This document shows, piece after piece, positions 12,638 to 23,434 of a DNA stretch of 64,000 bases. The stretch spans positions 31,020-95,019 of the forward strand of contig CAVVCG010000046.1 in NCBI GenBank assembly GCA_963746655.1, in the 5' to 3' direction. Source of the stretch: an uncultured Actinomycetes bacterium (lineage in GTDB: Bacteria; Actinomycetota; Thermoleophilia; Gaiellales; Gaiellaceae). A program made the translations under genes and the position numbers. The notes beneath the pieces were generated by a model. It did no database searches and was not told where the DNA came from. It was given only the letters and a program-made list of their open reading frames with translations. Position 1 is the first letter of the stretch. The number at the start of each line of letters is the position of its first letter.

Positions 12638-12699
12638 GCCGGTCGAGCTTACGCCCACTCTCCGGCAATTGCCACGTCCTTCTCCAATACGATCTGTCC

Positions 12700-13566
12700 G
12701 TGGCGTTCGGATCTGTCGACGACGTCGAACGAGCCCTGGCAAGCGAGTCGTACCTGCCCGACCGCGGGCTCGCGACCGCCATCTTCCTCGCCCTCGCGAT
12801 GCGCCGCCCGCTGCTGCTGGAGGGCGAGGCCGGAGTCGGCAAGACCGAGGTCGGCAAGACGCTTGCACGGATCCTGGGCGCGGACCTGATCCGGCTGCAG
12901 TGCTACGAGGGGATCGACGCGTCGCAGGCGCTGTACGAGTGGGACTACGCGCGGCAGCTGCTCTACGCGCGGTCCCTCCAGGCGGGCGAGGTCGAGCCGG
13001 ACCGGCGCGTGGCCGAGCTGTACGGGCCGGAGTTCCTCGTCGAGCGGCCCCTGCTCCGGGCGATCCGCGCGGGCCGCGGAACCGTGCTCCTGATCGACGA
13101 GCTCGACCGCGCGGACGACGAGTTCGAGGCGCTGCTGCTCGAGGTGCTCTCCGACTTCTCGGTGACGGTGCCCGAGCTCGGCACCATCGCCGCCTCCGAG
13201 CCGCCTGCGGTCGTCATCACCTCGAACCGCACGCGCGAGCTCCACGACGCGCTCAAGCGGCGCTGCCTCTATCACTGGATCGACTTCCCGGACCTCGAGC
13301 GCGAGGTCGCGATCATCCGTCTGCGCGCGCCCGTCGTCTCGGAGGCGCTCGCGCGCTCGGTCGCGCACGCCGTCGCGCGGCTGCGCGAGCTCGATCTCGT
13401 CAAGGTGCCGGGCGCGGCCGAGGCGATCGACTGGGCGCAGGCACTGGCCCACCTGGGCGCGGAGTCCGCCGACGGGTCGGCCGGACGGGAGACGCTCGGT
13501 TGGGTGATCAAGAACCGCGAGGATCTGGGCCAGGTCGAGCTGGCCCTTCCCGAGCTCCGTGATTGA
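12700..13566 (+). CDS. coxD: MoxR-type AAA+ ATPase (CoxD)
   Basis: It has Walker A GEAGVGKTEVGKT and Walker B LLIDELDRADDEFEALLLEVL. A further block is ITSNRTRELHDALKRRCLYHWIDFP. The start is uncertain: GTG 12700 is preferred, with in-frame ATG 12619 as an alternative. Confidence 0.85.
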   Translation: MAFGSVDDVERALASESYLPDRGLATAIFLALAMRRPLLLEGEAGVGKTEVGKTLARILGADLIRLQCYEGIDASQALYEWDYARQLLYARSLQAGEVEPDRRVAELYGPEFLVERPLLRAIRAGRGTVLLIDELDRADDEFEALLLEVLSDFSVTVPELGTIAASEPPAVVITSNRTRELHDALKRRCLYHWIDFPDLEREVAIIRLRAPVVSEALARSVAHAVARLRELDLVKVPGAAEAIDWAQALAHLGAESADGSAGRETLGWVIKNREDLGQVELALPELRD

Positions 13567-14626
13567 CGGCGTCGGCGCGCTGACCGCGTTCGGCCGCGCT
13601 CTACGCGCGGAGGGTCTTCCCGTCGGCACAGGCAGGGTCGCTTCGTTCTGCCGGGCCGCGGTGCTGCTTTCGCCGGAGGACCTCTACTGGGCCGGCCGCG
13701 CGACGCTCGTCGGCCGCCGCGAGCAGATTCCCGTGTACGACCGCGTCTTCGCCTCCTTCTTCGGCGGAGAGGAGGCGGCACCCCCGTCGGCGCGCCTCCC
13801 CGCCGTGGTCGTCGAGGAGGAGGTCGCGCTCGCAAGTCCGGTCGAGCTGCTCAGGCGCAAGAGCTTCGCCAGCTGTACGCCCGAAGAGCTCGAGCAGCTC
13901 ACGGCCCTCCTGGCGCAGCTCAGGCTCGCGGTTCCGACCCGGCGCACGCGCCGCCTCGCGCCTTCGCGCTCTGGTGCTCCCGACCTGCGGCGCACGTTGC
14001 GCCGCTCGTTCCGGACCGGCGGCGAGCCGCTCGAGCGCCGGTTCCGTGCCCGCCGGAGGCGGACGCGGCGGCTCGTCCTCGTGCTCGACGTGTCGGGCTC
14101 GATGGCGGACTACTCGCGGGCGCTGCTGGTCTTCGCGCACGCCGCCCTGCGGGCCGACCGGCGCTGGGAGGCGTTCTGCTTCGGCACGCGGCTGACGCGG
14201 GTCACGCGCGCACTTGCCGCCTCGCGCCCGGACGAGGCGCTCGCGCGTGCCGCGGCGGAGGTCGTCGACTGGAACGGCGGCACGAGGATCGGCGAGTGCC
14301 TCAAGCAGCTGCTGGACGAGTATGGACACCGGGGGCTCGCGCGCGGCGCAGTCGTCGTGCTCTGCTCGGACGGCCTCGAAGTCGGCGATCCCGAGCTCCT
14401 CGCCCAGCAGATGGCCCGACTGTCACGCCTCGCCTACCGCGTCATCTGGCTCAACCCGCTCAAGGGCGACGAGGCCTACGAGCCGCTCGCCCGCGGCATG
14501 CACGCGGCGCTGCCGTACGTCGACACCTTCCTGGCCGGGCACAATCTGGCGAGCCTCGAGGAACTCCGGTCCGAGCTCTCCCGGCTCGATGCGCGCTCCG
14601 GCGGCAGCAGCCGCAGCACCGGCTAG
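13559..14626 (+). CDS. coxE: VWA-domain protein CoxE
   Basis: The MIDAS-like block is VLVLDVSGSMADYS. A CoxE-type tail includes WNGGTRIGECL and VVVLCSDGLE. GTG 13559 overlaps the coxD stop. Confidence 0.85.
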   Translation: MIDGVGALTAFGRALRAEGLPVGTGRVASFCRAAVLLSPEDLYWAGRATLVGRREQIPVYDRVFASFFGGEEAAPPSARLPAVVVEEEVALASPVELLRRKSFASCTPEELEQLTALLAQLRLAVPTRRTRRLAPSRSGAPDLRRTLRRSFRTGGEPLERRFRARRRRTRRLVLVLDVSGSMADYSRALLVFAHAALRADRRWEAFCFGTRLTRVTRALAASRPDEALARAAAEVVDWNGGTRIGECLKQLLDEYGHRGLARGAVVVLCSDGLEVGDPELLAQQMARLSRLAYRVIWLNPLKGDEAYEPLARGMHAALPYVDTFLAGHNLASLEELRSELSRLDARSGGSSRSTG

Positions 14627-14639
14627 CCGTCGGCGCGCG

Positions 14640-15501
14640 TCACCCGGCTCGCTGGAAGGCCGTCGTCAGCGCGCGCGCCGCGAGCACCTCGGCCAGATGG
14701 ATGCGGTACTCGCCCGAGGCATACGTGTCGCCCATGGCGCCCGCGAGCGACTCCGGCACCTTGGCCGCCGCCGCCGCGATCGCCTCCTCCGAGCCCGGGC
14801 CGCCGACGAGCGCCTCGGCCGCCGCCGCGGCGTGCACCGGAGGCGACGTCACGCCGCCCGACGGTGAGGCGCGCGCGGGTGCAGATTCCCTCCTCGACCG
14901 AGACGACCGCGGCCACGCCCACGACCGCGTAGCTCGAGGCCGGATGGCGATGTTTGACATAGGCCGCGCCGGTGGTCGCCGGCACGGTCACCGAGGTGAC
15001 GACCTCGGTCGGCGCGAGGGCAGTCTCGAAGAGCCCGACGAAGAAGTCGTCGGCCGCGATCGAGCGCTCGCCGTCCTTGCCGGTGGCGTTGATCGTCGCG
15101 CCGAGCGCCTTCAGCACGGTCGGGTAGTCCGCAGCCGGATCGGCGTGCGAGACGCTCCCGCCGATCGTGCCGCGGTTCCGGACCTGCGGGTCGCCGATCA
15201 TCGCCGCCGTCTCGGGGATGACCGGGCTGATCCCGATCGCGACCTTGGAGCCCGCCACCTCGGCGTGCGTCGCGAGTGCCCCGATCGTGAGGTCGCCGTT
15301 GCGGGAGATCTCGTCGAGGCCGGGTATCCCGGCCAGGTCGACGAGCGCGGCCGGCGTGACGAGCCTGAGCTTCATCATCGGGAGCAGGCTGTGGCCGCCC
15401 GCGAGCAGCCGCGAGTCTTCGAGCTCGCCCAGCAGGGAGATCGCCTCGTCGAGGCTCGTCGGCCGGTGGTACGTGAATTCGGCTGGACGCATGGTGTGCA
15501 T
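14640..15501 (-). pseudogene. Form II CoxM-like FAD-binding medium subunit with an apparent +1 frameshift near 14858
   Basis: The N-terminal 200 aa (RLLAGGHSLLPMMKLRL, VRNRGTIGGSVSHADP) and the C-terminal GGVTSPPVHAAAAAEALVG to YRIHLAEVLAARAL lie in different frames. The junction LTVG|GVTS falls in the CCC run at 14857-14859. Confidence 0.8.
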
Positions 15502-15513
15502 CGCGGCTTCCTC

Positions 15514-17883
15514 CTACTCCTGCATGGCCCGCCAGACGCGCTCCGGCGTCAGCGGCATGTCGAGGTGTGTGATCCCGAACGGGGCGAGCGCGTCCATGAC
15601 CGCGTTCACGACCGCCGGAGTCGACGCGATCGTCCCGGTCTCGCCCGCGCCCTTGACGCCAAGCGGGTTGACGTCCGTCGGCGTCTCGGTCCGGTCGACC
15701 TCGAACGGCGGGAAGAAGTCGGCCTTCGGGACGGCATACTCGGTCAGGCTGGGCGTCTGGAGCTGGCCGTTCTCGTCGTAGACGGCTCCTTCCCACAGCG
15801 CCTGGGCGATCCCCTGCGCGATCCCGCCGTGCACCTGTCCGTCGACGATCATCGGGTTGATCACGCGCCCGACGTCGTCGACGGCGACGTAGCGCCGAAG
15901 CGCCACCTCGCCCGTCTCCCGGTCGACCTCGACGACCGCCACGTGCGTTCCGAACGGGAACGTGCAGGCCGGCGGGTCGTAGTACGTCGTGTCGTCGAGG
16001 AACGGCTCCTCGCCTTCGGGCAGGTCGTATGCGAGCGCGGCGGCGCCGGCGATCTCCTGGATCGTCTTGGCGCTGTCGGGCGAGCCCTTGACGTAGGCCT
16101 TGCCCTCCTCGAAGACGATGTCCTCCGCGTCGGCCTCGAGCATGTGCGCGGCAACGCGACGCACCTTCGCCTTGATCTTCTGCAGGCTGTTGTAGACCGC
16201 GACCGCGCCGACCGCGGCGCTCCGGCTCGCGTACGTGCCGTAGCCGAACGGCGTGCCGAGCGTGTCGCCCAGCTCGACCGTGACGTCCTCGATCGGGATC
16301 CCGAGCTCGGTCGCGACAACCTGGGACACGGTCGTCTCGTGCCCCTGCCCCTGCGGCTGCGTGCCGATGGTGACGACGACCTTCCCGGTCAGGTGCACGC
16401 GGATGGCGGCGCTCTCCCACATCGCCGCACCCCAACCCTCGCCGGCCGCCCCGATCCACGCGGAGGGCGCCGCACCGCAGATCTCGACGTAGGTCGAGAA
16501 GCCGATCCCGAGCAGGCGGCCCTCGCGCCGCGCCGCCTCCTGCTCCGAGCGGAACCCCTCGTAGTCGACGATCTCGAGCGCGCGGTCGAGCGCCTTCTCG
16601 TAGTCGCCCGTGTCGTAGACGAGCCCGCGGAGGATGCCCGGGTCGTACGGGAAGGCATCCGGCGGGATGAAGTTCGTGCGGCGGACGTCCACCGGGTCGA
16701 GCTCCAGCTCGCGCGCGACCAGGTCGACCGCGCGCTCGACGACGTACGTCGCCTCCGGGCGGCCGGCGCCGCGGTACGCGTCCACCATGCCGGTGTTGGT
16801 GTAGACGCCGAGCACCTGGCAGTGGATGTTCGGGATCCGGTAGGCGCCGGAGAGCATCCGCCCGTACAGCGTCGTCGGGATTCCCGGGGCGATCGTCGAC
16901 AGGACGCCGCCCAGGTTCGCGTACGTCTTCGCCTTGAGCGCGGTGATCGTCCCGTCGCGCTTCGCGCCGACCTTGAGGTACGTGATGTGGTCGCGGCCGT
17001 GCGTGGTCGCGGCGTAGTTCTCGCTCCTCGTCTCGATCCACTTGACCGGCCGGCGGATCTTCTCGGCGAGGGCCGCCACCAGCACGTACTCGTGGTAGAG
17101 GAAGATCTTCGTGCCGAAGCCGCCGCCGACGTGCAGCGCGATACAGCGCATCTTCGTCTCCGGGATCCCGAAGACGAACGCCGTCATCAGCAGACGCATG
17201 ATGTGCGGGTCCTGCGAGGTCATCCAGACGGTGTACTGGCCCGTGCCGGGGTCGTACTGCGCGGCGGCGCCCCGCACCTCCATCGGCGTCGGGATGAGGC
17301 GCTGGTTGACGAGCCTCTGCTCGACGACGACCTCCGCCTCCTCGAGGGCGCGATCGGTCGCCTCGGCGTCACCGCACGACCAGTCCATCACGATGTTGCT
17401 TGGCGCGTTCTCGTGCAGCTGGACCGTGCCCTCCGCGGCGGCCTGCTCCCCGTCGACCACGACGTCGAGCGGCTCCCAGTCGACCTCGATCAGCCCGAGC
17501 GCGTCCTCGGCCGCGTAGCGATCCTCGGCCACGACGACGGCGACGCCCGCGCCCGTGTGCAGGACGCGGTCGATCTCCAGCGCTCTCGGCGTGTTGACGA
17601 AGTTCTCGACGCCGCCCGCCTGCCACGCGCACGGGAGCGCGGGCAGATGCTCGAAGTCCTTCCCCGTGTAGACGCCGACGACGCCCGGGTGCGCGGCCGC
17701 CTTCGTGGTGTCGATGCTCCTGATCCGCGCGTGCGCGTACGGCGAGCGCAGGATCGCCGCGTGCACCATCCCGGGGAGCCGCAGATCGTCGAGGTACTTG
17801 CCCGCGCCCGTGAGCAGGCGCGCGTCCTCGACGCGCTTGACCGGCGTGCCGAGCAGGTTCTTCGGAGCTTCCACCGTCGTCAT
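15514..17883 (-). CDS. Form II CoxL-like molybdenum hydroxylase large subunit
   Basis: It is 789 aa and carries [16 protein letters not shown], the form II AYRGAGR loop. Its start forms an ATGA overlap with the small-subunit gene. Confidence 0.9.
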   Translation of the reverse strand: MTTVEAPKNLLGTPVKRVEDARLLTGAGKYLDDLRLPGMVHAAILRSPYAHARIRSIDTTKAAAHPGVVGVYTGKDFEHLPALPCAWQAGGVENFVNTPRALEIDRVLHTGAGVAVVVAEDRYAAEDALGLIEVDWEPLDVVVDGEQAAAEGTVQLHENAPSNIVMDWSCGDAEATDRALEEAEVVVEQRLVNQRLIPTPMEVRGAAAQYDPGTGQYTVWMTSQDPHIMRLLMTAFVFGIPETKMRCIALHVGGGFGTKIFLYHEYVLVAALAEKIRRPVKWIETRSENYAATTHGRDHITYLKVGAKRDGTITALKAKTYANLGGVLSTIAPGIPTTLYGRMLSGAYRIPNIHCQVLGVYTNTGMVDAYRGAGRPEATYVVERAVDLVARELELDPVDVRRTNFIPPDAFPYDPGILRGLVYDTGDYEKALDRALEIVDYEGFRSEQEAARREGRLLGIGFSTYVEICGAAPSAWIGAAGEGWGAAMWESAAIRVHLTGKVVVTIGTQPQGQGHETTVSQVVATELGIPIEDVTVELGDTLGTPFGYGTYASRSAAVGAVAVYNSLQKIKAKVRRVAAHMLEADAEDIVFEEGKAYVKGSPDSAKTIQEIAGAAALAYDLPEGEEPFLDDTTYYDPPACTFPFGTHVAVVEVDRETGEVALRRYVAVDDVGRVINPMIVDGQVHGGIAQGIAQALWEGAVYDENGQLQTPSLTEYAVPKADFFPPFEVDRTETPTDVNPLGVKGAGETGTIASTPAVVNAVMDALAPFGITHLDMPLTPERVWRAMQE

Positions 17884-18341
17884 CGCGTCACCTCCGCGGC
17901 CTCGCGCACGGCCCGGACGATGTTCTCGTAGCCGGTGCACCTGCACAGGTTCCCTTCGAGGGCATGCCGGATCTCGTCGTCCGACGGCTCCGGATTCGCC
18001 GCGAGCAGATCGACCGCGGCCATGATCATCCCGGGGGTGCAGAACCCGCACTGCAGCCCGTGCTTCTCGTGGAACGCCTCCTGCACGGCGTGGAGGTTGC
18101 CGTTCGACGCGATGCCCTCGATCGTCGTGACGGCGGCTCCGTCGACCTGGACCGCCAGCACGGTGCACGACTTCACGGCCATGCCGTCCAGGTGGACGGT
18201 GCACGACCCGCACTGGGACGTGTCGCAGGCGATCTTCGTGCCGGTGAGCCCGAGGTGGTCGCGGATGAAGTCCACCAACAGGGTTCGCGGCTCTACGTCA
18301 GCCTCTCGCCGGGCACCGTTGACGGTGATCGCGACGTGCAT
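17880..18341 (-). CDS. Form II CoxS-like [2Fe-2S] small subunit
   Basis: Cys clusters are [19 protein letters not shown] and CRCTGY. A GAAGGAGG RBS lies upstream. Confidence 0.9.
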   Translation of the reverse strand: MHVAITVNGARREADVEPRTLLVDFIRDHLGLTGTKIACDTSQCGSCTVHLDGMAVKSCTVLAVQVDGAAVTTIEGIASNGNLHAVQEAFHEKHGLQCGFCTPGMIMAAVDLLAANPEPSDDEIRHALEGNLCRCTGYENIVRAVREAAEVTR

Positions 18342-18466
18342 CTCGGCCTCCTTCGGTCGTCCAGGCGGCGTTCGCGGCGGAAGCGACGGCCCAGCGCCGC
18401 CTCCGGCTCAGGGCCACCATACGCCTCGGCGGCGGGGTTTTCCACGCCGTCCGGGAACGACCGCGC

Positions 18467-19354
18467 TCAGGGCTGCGGCGTCACCGGATTGGATGCGGCC
18501 GACTCCGGGCCCTCGGCGACCTCGTTCCTGGCACGCACGGTGAACGTGTACTGGGTGCCGTTCTCGAGGCCCGTCACGACGATCGGACTTGCGTCGCCTT
18601 CCCCGGTGATCCCGGGCGGGGTCGAGGTGACCGTGTAGCGCGTGATCGGCGAGCCGCCGGTATCCGCGGGCGCCTCGAACGAGACCTCCGCCTGACCGTC
18701 CCCGGCAACCGCCGCCACATTCGTGGGCGGGCCGGGTGCCGTCGGCGCCGTCGGCGCCCCGCCCGGCCCCTGGCCACGTCCGCCGCCCGGCGCAGATGCC
18801 TCGGAGGCCGTCTTGGCCCCGAAGTAGAAGCCCAGGACGGTCGCCAGAGCGGTGGTGAGCGCCGTGACGACCGTCTTCAACAGGTCGCCCGCCACGTCGG
18901 CCGGGCCCACGAGCAGCGCCGCCAGGGCAATGCAGACCAGCGTCAGGAGGCCCAGCGCGATCATCGTCCGGGTCAGCCCCGGCGTGCCCTTCGGCGCTTC
19001 GCGGATCTGGCGCGCCAGCGCTCGGACCTCCGCGGCGGAGAGCCCCTCACCCTCCTTCGTCGACTTCACCTCCGCGAGGAGCTTCGGGAGGTGCGTCGCG
19101 AGTCGTTTGTTGGCGCTGATCCGGTCGTACAGGATCAGCGCGAACCACAGCGCCGAGAAGAGCACGACGATCAAGACGACGAACAGGAACTGCCCGGTAC
19201 TTCCGAGATCGATCACCGAGCGCGACCCCGTGGTCGTCGTCGGCGTCGTGGTCTCCGCCCCCGCGCTTCCGGCCGACAGCGCGAGGGTCGCCACCAGGAC
19301 CACTGTAAGGAGGGCACTCCGGCGCAGGGCCCGTCGCGCGGTCATGACGCGCAT
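18467..19354 (-). CDS. Secreted/membrane protein with TM helices and a C-terminal fibronectin type III domain
   Basis: It has a signal peptide (ALRRSALLTVVLVATLALSAGSAGA), several hydrophobic helices and an FN3-like tail PPTNVAAVAGDGQAEVSFEAP to GTQYTFTVRARN. Confidence 0.7.
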   Translation of the reverse strand: MRVMTARRALRRSALLTVVLVATLALSAGSAGAETTTPTTTTGSRSVIDLGSTGQFLFVVLIVVLFSALWFALILYDRISANKRLATHLPKLLAEVKSTKEGEGLSAAEVRALARQIREAPKGTPGLTRTMIALGLLTLVCIALAALLVGPADVAGDLLKTVVTALTTALATVLGFYFGAKTASEASAPGGGRGQGPGGAPTAPTAPGPPTNVAAVAGDGQAEVSFEAPADTGGSPITRYTVTSTPPGITGEGDASPIVVTGLENGTQYTFTVRARNEVAEGPESAASNPVTPQP

Positions 19355-19413
19355 GCTGACACAGATGTCGGGTTATGTTCCTGACGACCCGACGTAGCGA
19401 GAAAGGAATCGAC

Positions 19414-20189
19414 ATGGCCGGACGAACATTCGCCGCCCTCTCCGACCGGCAACTGGCCGAGCTGCTCGGGTTGATCAAGAGCTCCGACAGCGTCGAGTTG
19501 AAGCTGACGGTCTCGGAGTCCGACCACTACTCGACCGTGCAGGCGCTCGGCATGGACACGTTGGACGCCCAGCTCCGGCACGTGTTCTTCTTCGATACCC
19601 CGGATCTCGCGTTGAACGAGAGCGGCCTGGTCGTGCGGGCGCGGCGCGTGCAGGGCAAGGGAGACGACTCGGTGATGAAGCTTCGCCCGGTCACTCCGGA
19701 CGACCTTCCGGCCGACCTCCGCCGGTCGCCGAGCTTCAACGTCGAGGTCGACGCGGCCCCTGACGGTTTCGTCTGCTCCGGATCGCTCAAGGCGACGCTC
19801 GGGCCGAGCGTCGTCAAGGAGACGCTCCAGTCGGGAGCGCCCGATCCGCAAGCTCTTCACGAAGGAGCAGCGCGCGTTCTACCGGGAGCACGCTCCGGAA
19901 GGCATCGGCCTGGACGACCTGGAGGTCCTCGGGCCCGATCCTGGTGCTGAAGCTGCGGTTCCGGCCCGAGGAGCTCGGGCGGAAGGCCGTCGCCGAGATG
20001 TGGTTCTACCCCGACTTCTCCCGCATCCTCGAGCTCTCGACGAGGTGCGCCCCGACGGAGGCCTTCCAGGTCGCGGCGGAGGCCCGTGCGTTCCTGGCCG
20101 GGAGAGGGGTCGACCTCTCGAGCGAGCAGGCCGCGAAGACCCACACGACGCTCGAGTTCTTCTCCGGCCGGCTGAAGGCGGGCGCGTGA
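19414..20189 (+). pseudogene. CYTH/TTM-like protein, a paralog of 59682-60467, with two apparent +1 frameshifts (near 19841 and 19932)
   Basis: The segments SDSVELKLTV to VVRARRVQGKGDDSVMKLRPV, IRKLFTKEQRAFYREHAPEGIGLDDLEVLGP and ILVLKLRFRPEELGRKAVAEMWFYPD to LEFFSG lie in three successive frames. They are colinear with the intact paralog. Confidence 0.75.
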
Positions 20190-20316
20190 GCGAGGGCTGC
20201 GGCGCGTCTCTCTTCTCTCGTCCGGTTGTCTGTTGCGGGCGACCTTGAAATCCGGAATGCTCCACCGCTCGGTGCAGCGTCGGCCGTAAGTAGAGATCCG
20301 CAGAGAGGGAGATCCC

Positions 20317-21696
20317 GTGGCCGATGATGCGTCCAAGGGGCCTGTGGGGACGAGCGGTTCGCTTGCCGCGACCGTCGCGTCGCTGATGCCGCAGCTGAAG
20401 GACGACCTGGCGCGTCTGGTCGCGATCCCGTCCGTCTCGGCCGCCGGGTTCCCCGAGGAGACGAGGCCGGCTCTGCTCGAGGCGTACGAGGAGGTCGTCG
20501 CGCTGCTTCGAGAGGCCGGGGTCGAGGGGCTCGGCTCGCTCGAGCTTCCGGATACTGCCCCGGTCGTCACGGGTGAGATCCCGGCGCCCGCCGGGGCGCC
20601 GACGGTGCTGCTGTACAGCCACTACGACGTGGTGCCGGTGGGTGACGAGTCGAAGTGGGAGTCGCCGCCGTTTGAGGCGACCGAGCGGGACGGAGCGATC
20701 TACGGGCGCGGTAGCGCCGACACGAAGTCGAACATCCTCATGCATGTCGGCGCGCTGCGCGCCTGGGAGGGCAAGCCGCCGGTAGGGATCAAGGTCGTGA
20801 TTGAGGGCCAGGAAGAGGTCGGCAGCGCTTTCACGACCTTCCCACCGTCCCGGCCCGATCTCTTTACCGCCGATGCCATGGTGATCGGGGACATGGGCAG
20901 CGTCCGGCCGGGAGTCCCGACGCTCACGGTCGCCCTGCGCGGCATGGCGATGGTGACGCTCGAGGCGAGGACGCTCGCCGGACCGAAGCACAGCGGTCAG
21001 TTCGGCGGCGCGGCGCCGGATGCGCTGATCGCGCTGCTCCATGCGCTCGCGTCGATGCACGACGAGCACGGCGACGTGGCTGTTCCCGGCCTGCGCCGCG
21101 AGGAGTGGACTGGCGCCTCGTACAGCGATGAGGAGTTTCGGGAGCTGGCGGAGGTCAAGCCCGGGGTGCCGTTCTTCGGAACCGGCAGCCTGGGCGAGCG
21201 GATCTGGTCGGGGCCGGCGATCACCGTGACGGGGATCGACGTCCTGCCCGTGGACAAGGCGGTCAACGCGGTCGTGCCGTACGCCCGGGCCAAGGTGAGC
21301 CTGCGCGTTCATCCGGAGCAGGACCCGCTCGAGGCGCAGGCAGCATTGGCCGGCTACCTCGAAGGGCTGCAGCCGTTCGGTGTGGAGCTCACGGTCACCG
21401 CGCTGGAGACGGGCAGCGGCTTCGCCGCGAAGACGAACGGGCCCGCGTACGACGCCGCACGAGAGGCTCTCGCGAGTGCCTGGGGAGGCGAGACCGTGAC
21501 CGTCGCCTCGGGCGGCTCGATCCCGCTCGTCAGCGCGCTTCAGGAGGCGGTGCCCTCCGCCGAGATGCTGCTGATCGGCACCACCGACGGCTTCGCAAAC
21601 ATCCACGCGCCGAACGAACGCGTCCTGGTCGACGAGTTCGAGAAGGCGGTCGCGGCCGAGGCCGAGTTCTTCGGCCGCTTCGCCGGGGCCGCGTGA
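20317..21696 (+). CDS. M20-family dipeptidase
   Basis: Blocks LLYSHYDVVPVGDESKWESPPFEATERDGAIYGRGSADTKSN and VVIEGQEEVGS are catalytic His/Asp/Glu blocks of M20 dipeptidases. Confidence 0.88.
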   Translation: MADDASKGPVGTSGSLAATVASLMPQLKDDLARLVAIPSVSAAGFPEETRPALLEAYEEVVALLREAGVEGLGSLELPDTAPVVTGEIPAPAGAPTVLLYSHYDVVPVGDESKWESPPFEATERDGAIYGRGSADTKSNILMHVGALRAWEGKPPVGIKVVIEGQEEVGSAFTTFPPSRPDLFTADAMVIGDMGSVRPGVPTLTVALRGMAMVTLEARTLAGPKHSGQFGGAAPDALIALLHALASMHDEHGDVAVPGLRREEWTGASYSDEEFRELAEVKPGVPFFGTGSLGERIWSGPAITVTGIDVLPVDKAVNAVVPYARAKVSLRVHPEQDPLEAQAALAGYLEGLQPFGVELTVTALETGSGFAAKTNGPAYDAAREALASAWGGETVTVASGGSIPLVSALQEAVPSAEMLLIGTTDGFANIHAPNERVLVDEFEKAVAAEAEFFGRFAGAA

Positions 21697-23367
21697 ACGA
21701 GTCGGCAACACCGGTAGCCGCGAACGAGCAGACGTTCCTCGAGCGGATCCTGGACGGGATCGAGCGGGCAGGGAACAAGATGCCGCACCCGGCGATCCTC
21801 TTCCTCGTGCTCTGCGGGGTCGTCATCGTCCTCTCGCAGATCCTCTACTGGGCCAACGTCTCGGCGACATTCGAGGTCGTGAAGCCGCCGGCGGTGCCGA
21901 CCGAGGAGACGTATTACGGAGGCTCGAGCGAGCCGACGGACGTCGGGCCGACCGAGCCGGAGCCCCCCGCCGCGTACGAGGTCAGGACCGAGACCGCCAA
22001 GGTCAAGGGGCTGCTCACGGGCGAAGGGGTCCGCTTTCTCTTCACCTCGTTCGTCTCGAACTTCAGGAACTTCGCCGCGGTCGCGATCATGCTCGTCGTG
22101 ATGATCGGGGTCGGGCTGGCGGAGGCCGCCGGGCTCATAGCCTCGCTGATACGCAAGCTCGTCGGCGTGTCCTCACGGGGCACGCTGACGTTCATCATCG
22201 TGCTGCTCGGCATCCTCTCGAGCGTCGCCTCGGACGCGGGCTACCTCGTGCTGATCCCGTTAGGAGCCGCGGCCTTCAAGAGCGTCGGCCGAAACCCGTT
22301 AGCCGGGATCGCGGCGGCCTTCGCCGGTGTTGCCGCAGGCTTCGGCGTCAACGTCCTGATCACGCCGCTCGACGGTGTGCTCACCGAGATCACGAACGAT
22401 GCGGCCGGTTTCTCCAACCAGGCCTCGCACATCGACCTCGCGGCCAACCTCTACTTCGGGATCGGCTCGACGATCTTCGTCGCGTTCCTGCTGACGATCA
22501 TCAGCACACGGCTCGATCGAGAACCGGCTCGGCGACTGGGACCCCGCCGACCACGGCGAGGGCTGGGCCATGGACGAGCAGGAGGAGCAGGAGGTGTCGC
22601 CTGAGGCCGACGCCAAGGGTCTGCGGTGGGCGCTCTGGGGAGCCATCGGCGTGTTCGTGGTGATCGCCTTGCTGACCGCTATCCCGGGCGCGCCGCTGCG
22701 CGATCCCGTTACCGACAAGGTGATCGGCGACTCGCCGTTCATGGACAGCTTGATCGTGATCATCATGCTGTTCTTCTACGTGTCCGGGTACCTGTACGGA
22801 CGCGGCGCGGGGACGATCAAGGGCAGCAAGGACGTGATCTCCACGATCGAGAAGTCGTGGGCCGGGCTGGCGAGCCTGCTCTTCCTGTTCCTGCTCATCG
22901 CCCAGTTCATCGCCTACTTCAACTTCAGCAACATCGCCGAGGTCGTGGCGGTCAAGCTCGGCGACGTGCTCGAGCGCATGAACATCGGCGCCGTCTGGCT
23001 GCTGATCGGGTTGATCATCATCACGATCATCGTCGACCTGATCATCCCGGCGGCGATCGCGAAGTGGGCTCTGCTCGCACCGATCTTCATCCCGCTGTTC
23101 ATCCGCCTCGGAGTGGCGCCGCAGACGGTGCTCGCCGCCTATCGCGTCGGCGACTCGCCGGCCAATGTGGTCACTCCGCTGATGGCCTACTTCCCGCTCA
23201 TCGTCGTCTTCACGCAGCGCTACAAGAAGGACGCGGGCATCGGCACCGTCGTGTCGCTGATGCTGCCCTACGTCGTCATCCTGTCGGTCGCCTGGACGCT
23301 CTTCTTCGTCGCCTGGTACCTGATCGGGATACCGCTGGGTCCGGGAGCGCCCGTCCACACGGGGTGA
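21693..23367 (+). pseudogene. abgT: AbgT-family (aminobenzoyl-glutamate/dipeptide-type) transporter with an apparent +1 frameshift near 22517
   Basis: The N-terminal part FLERILDGIERAGNKMPHPAILF to LLTIISTRL and the C-terminal part IENRLGDW to SPANVVTPLMAYFPLIVVF lie in adjacent frames. GTG 21693 overlaps the M20 stop. Confidence 0.8.
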
Positions 23368-23434
23368 CGGATCTGAGCCGGACCGCGTAACGCGGGCCCT
23401 CCGGGCTCGATCGCCACCGTCAAGATCGCGGCGG

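Noticed and set aside
12700-14626. The MoxR AAA+ and VWA pair, considered as an independent (for example stress or defence-type) two-gene system
   Set aside because: Their sequence blocks and their position between two cox clusters fit CoxD/CoxE, the known CODH maturation pair.
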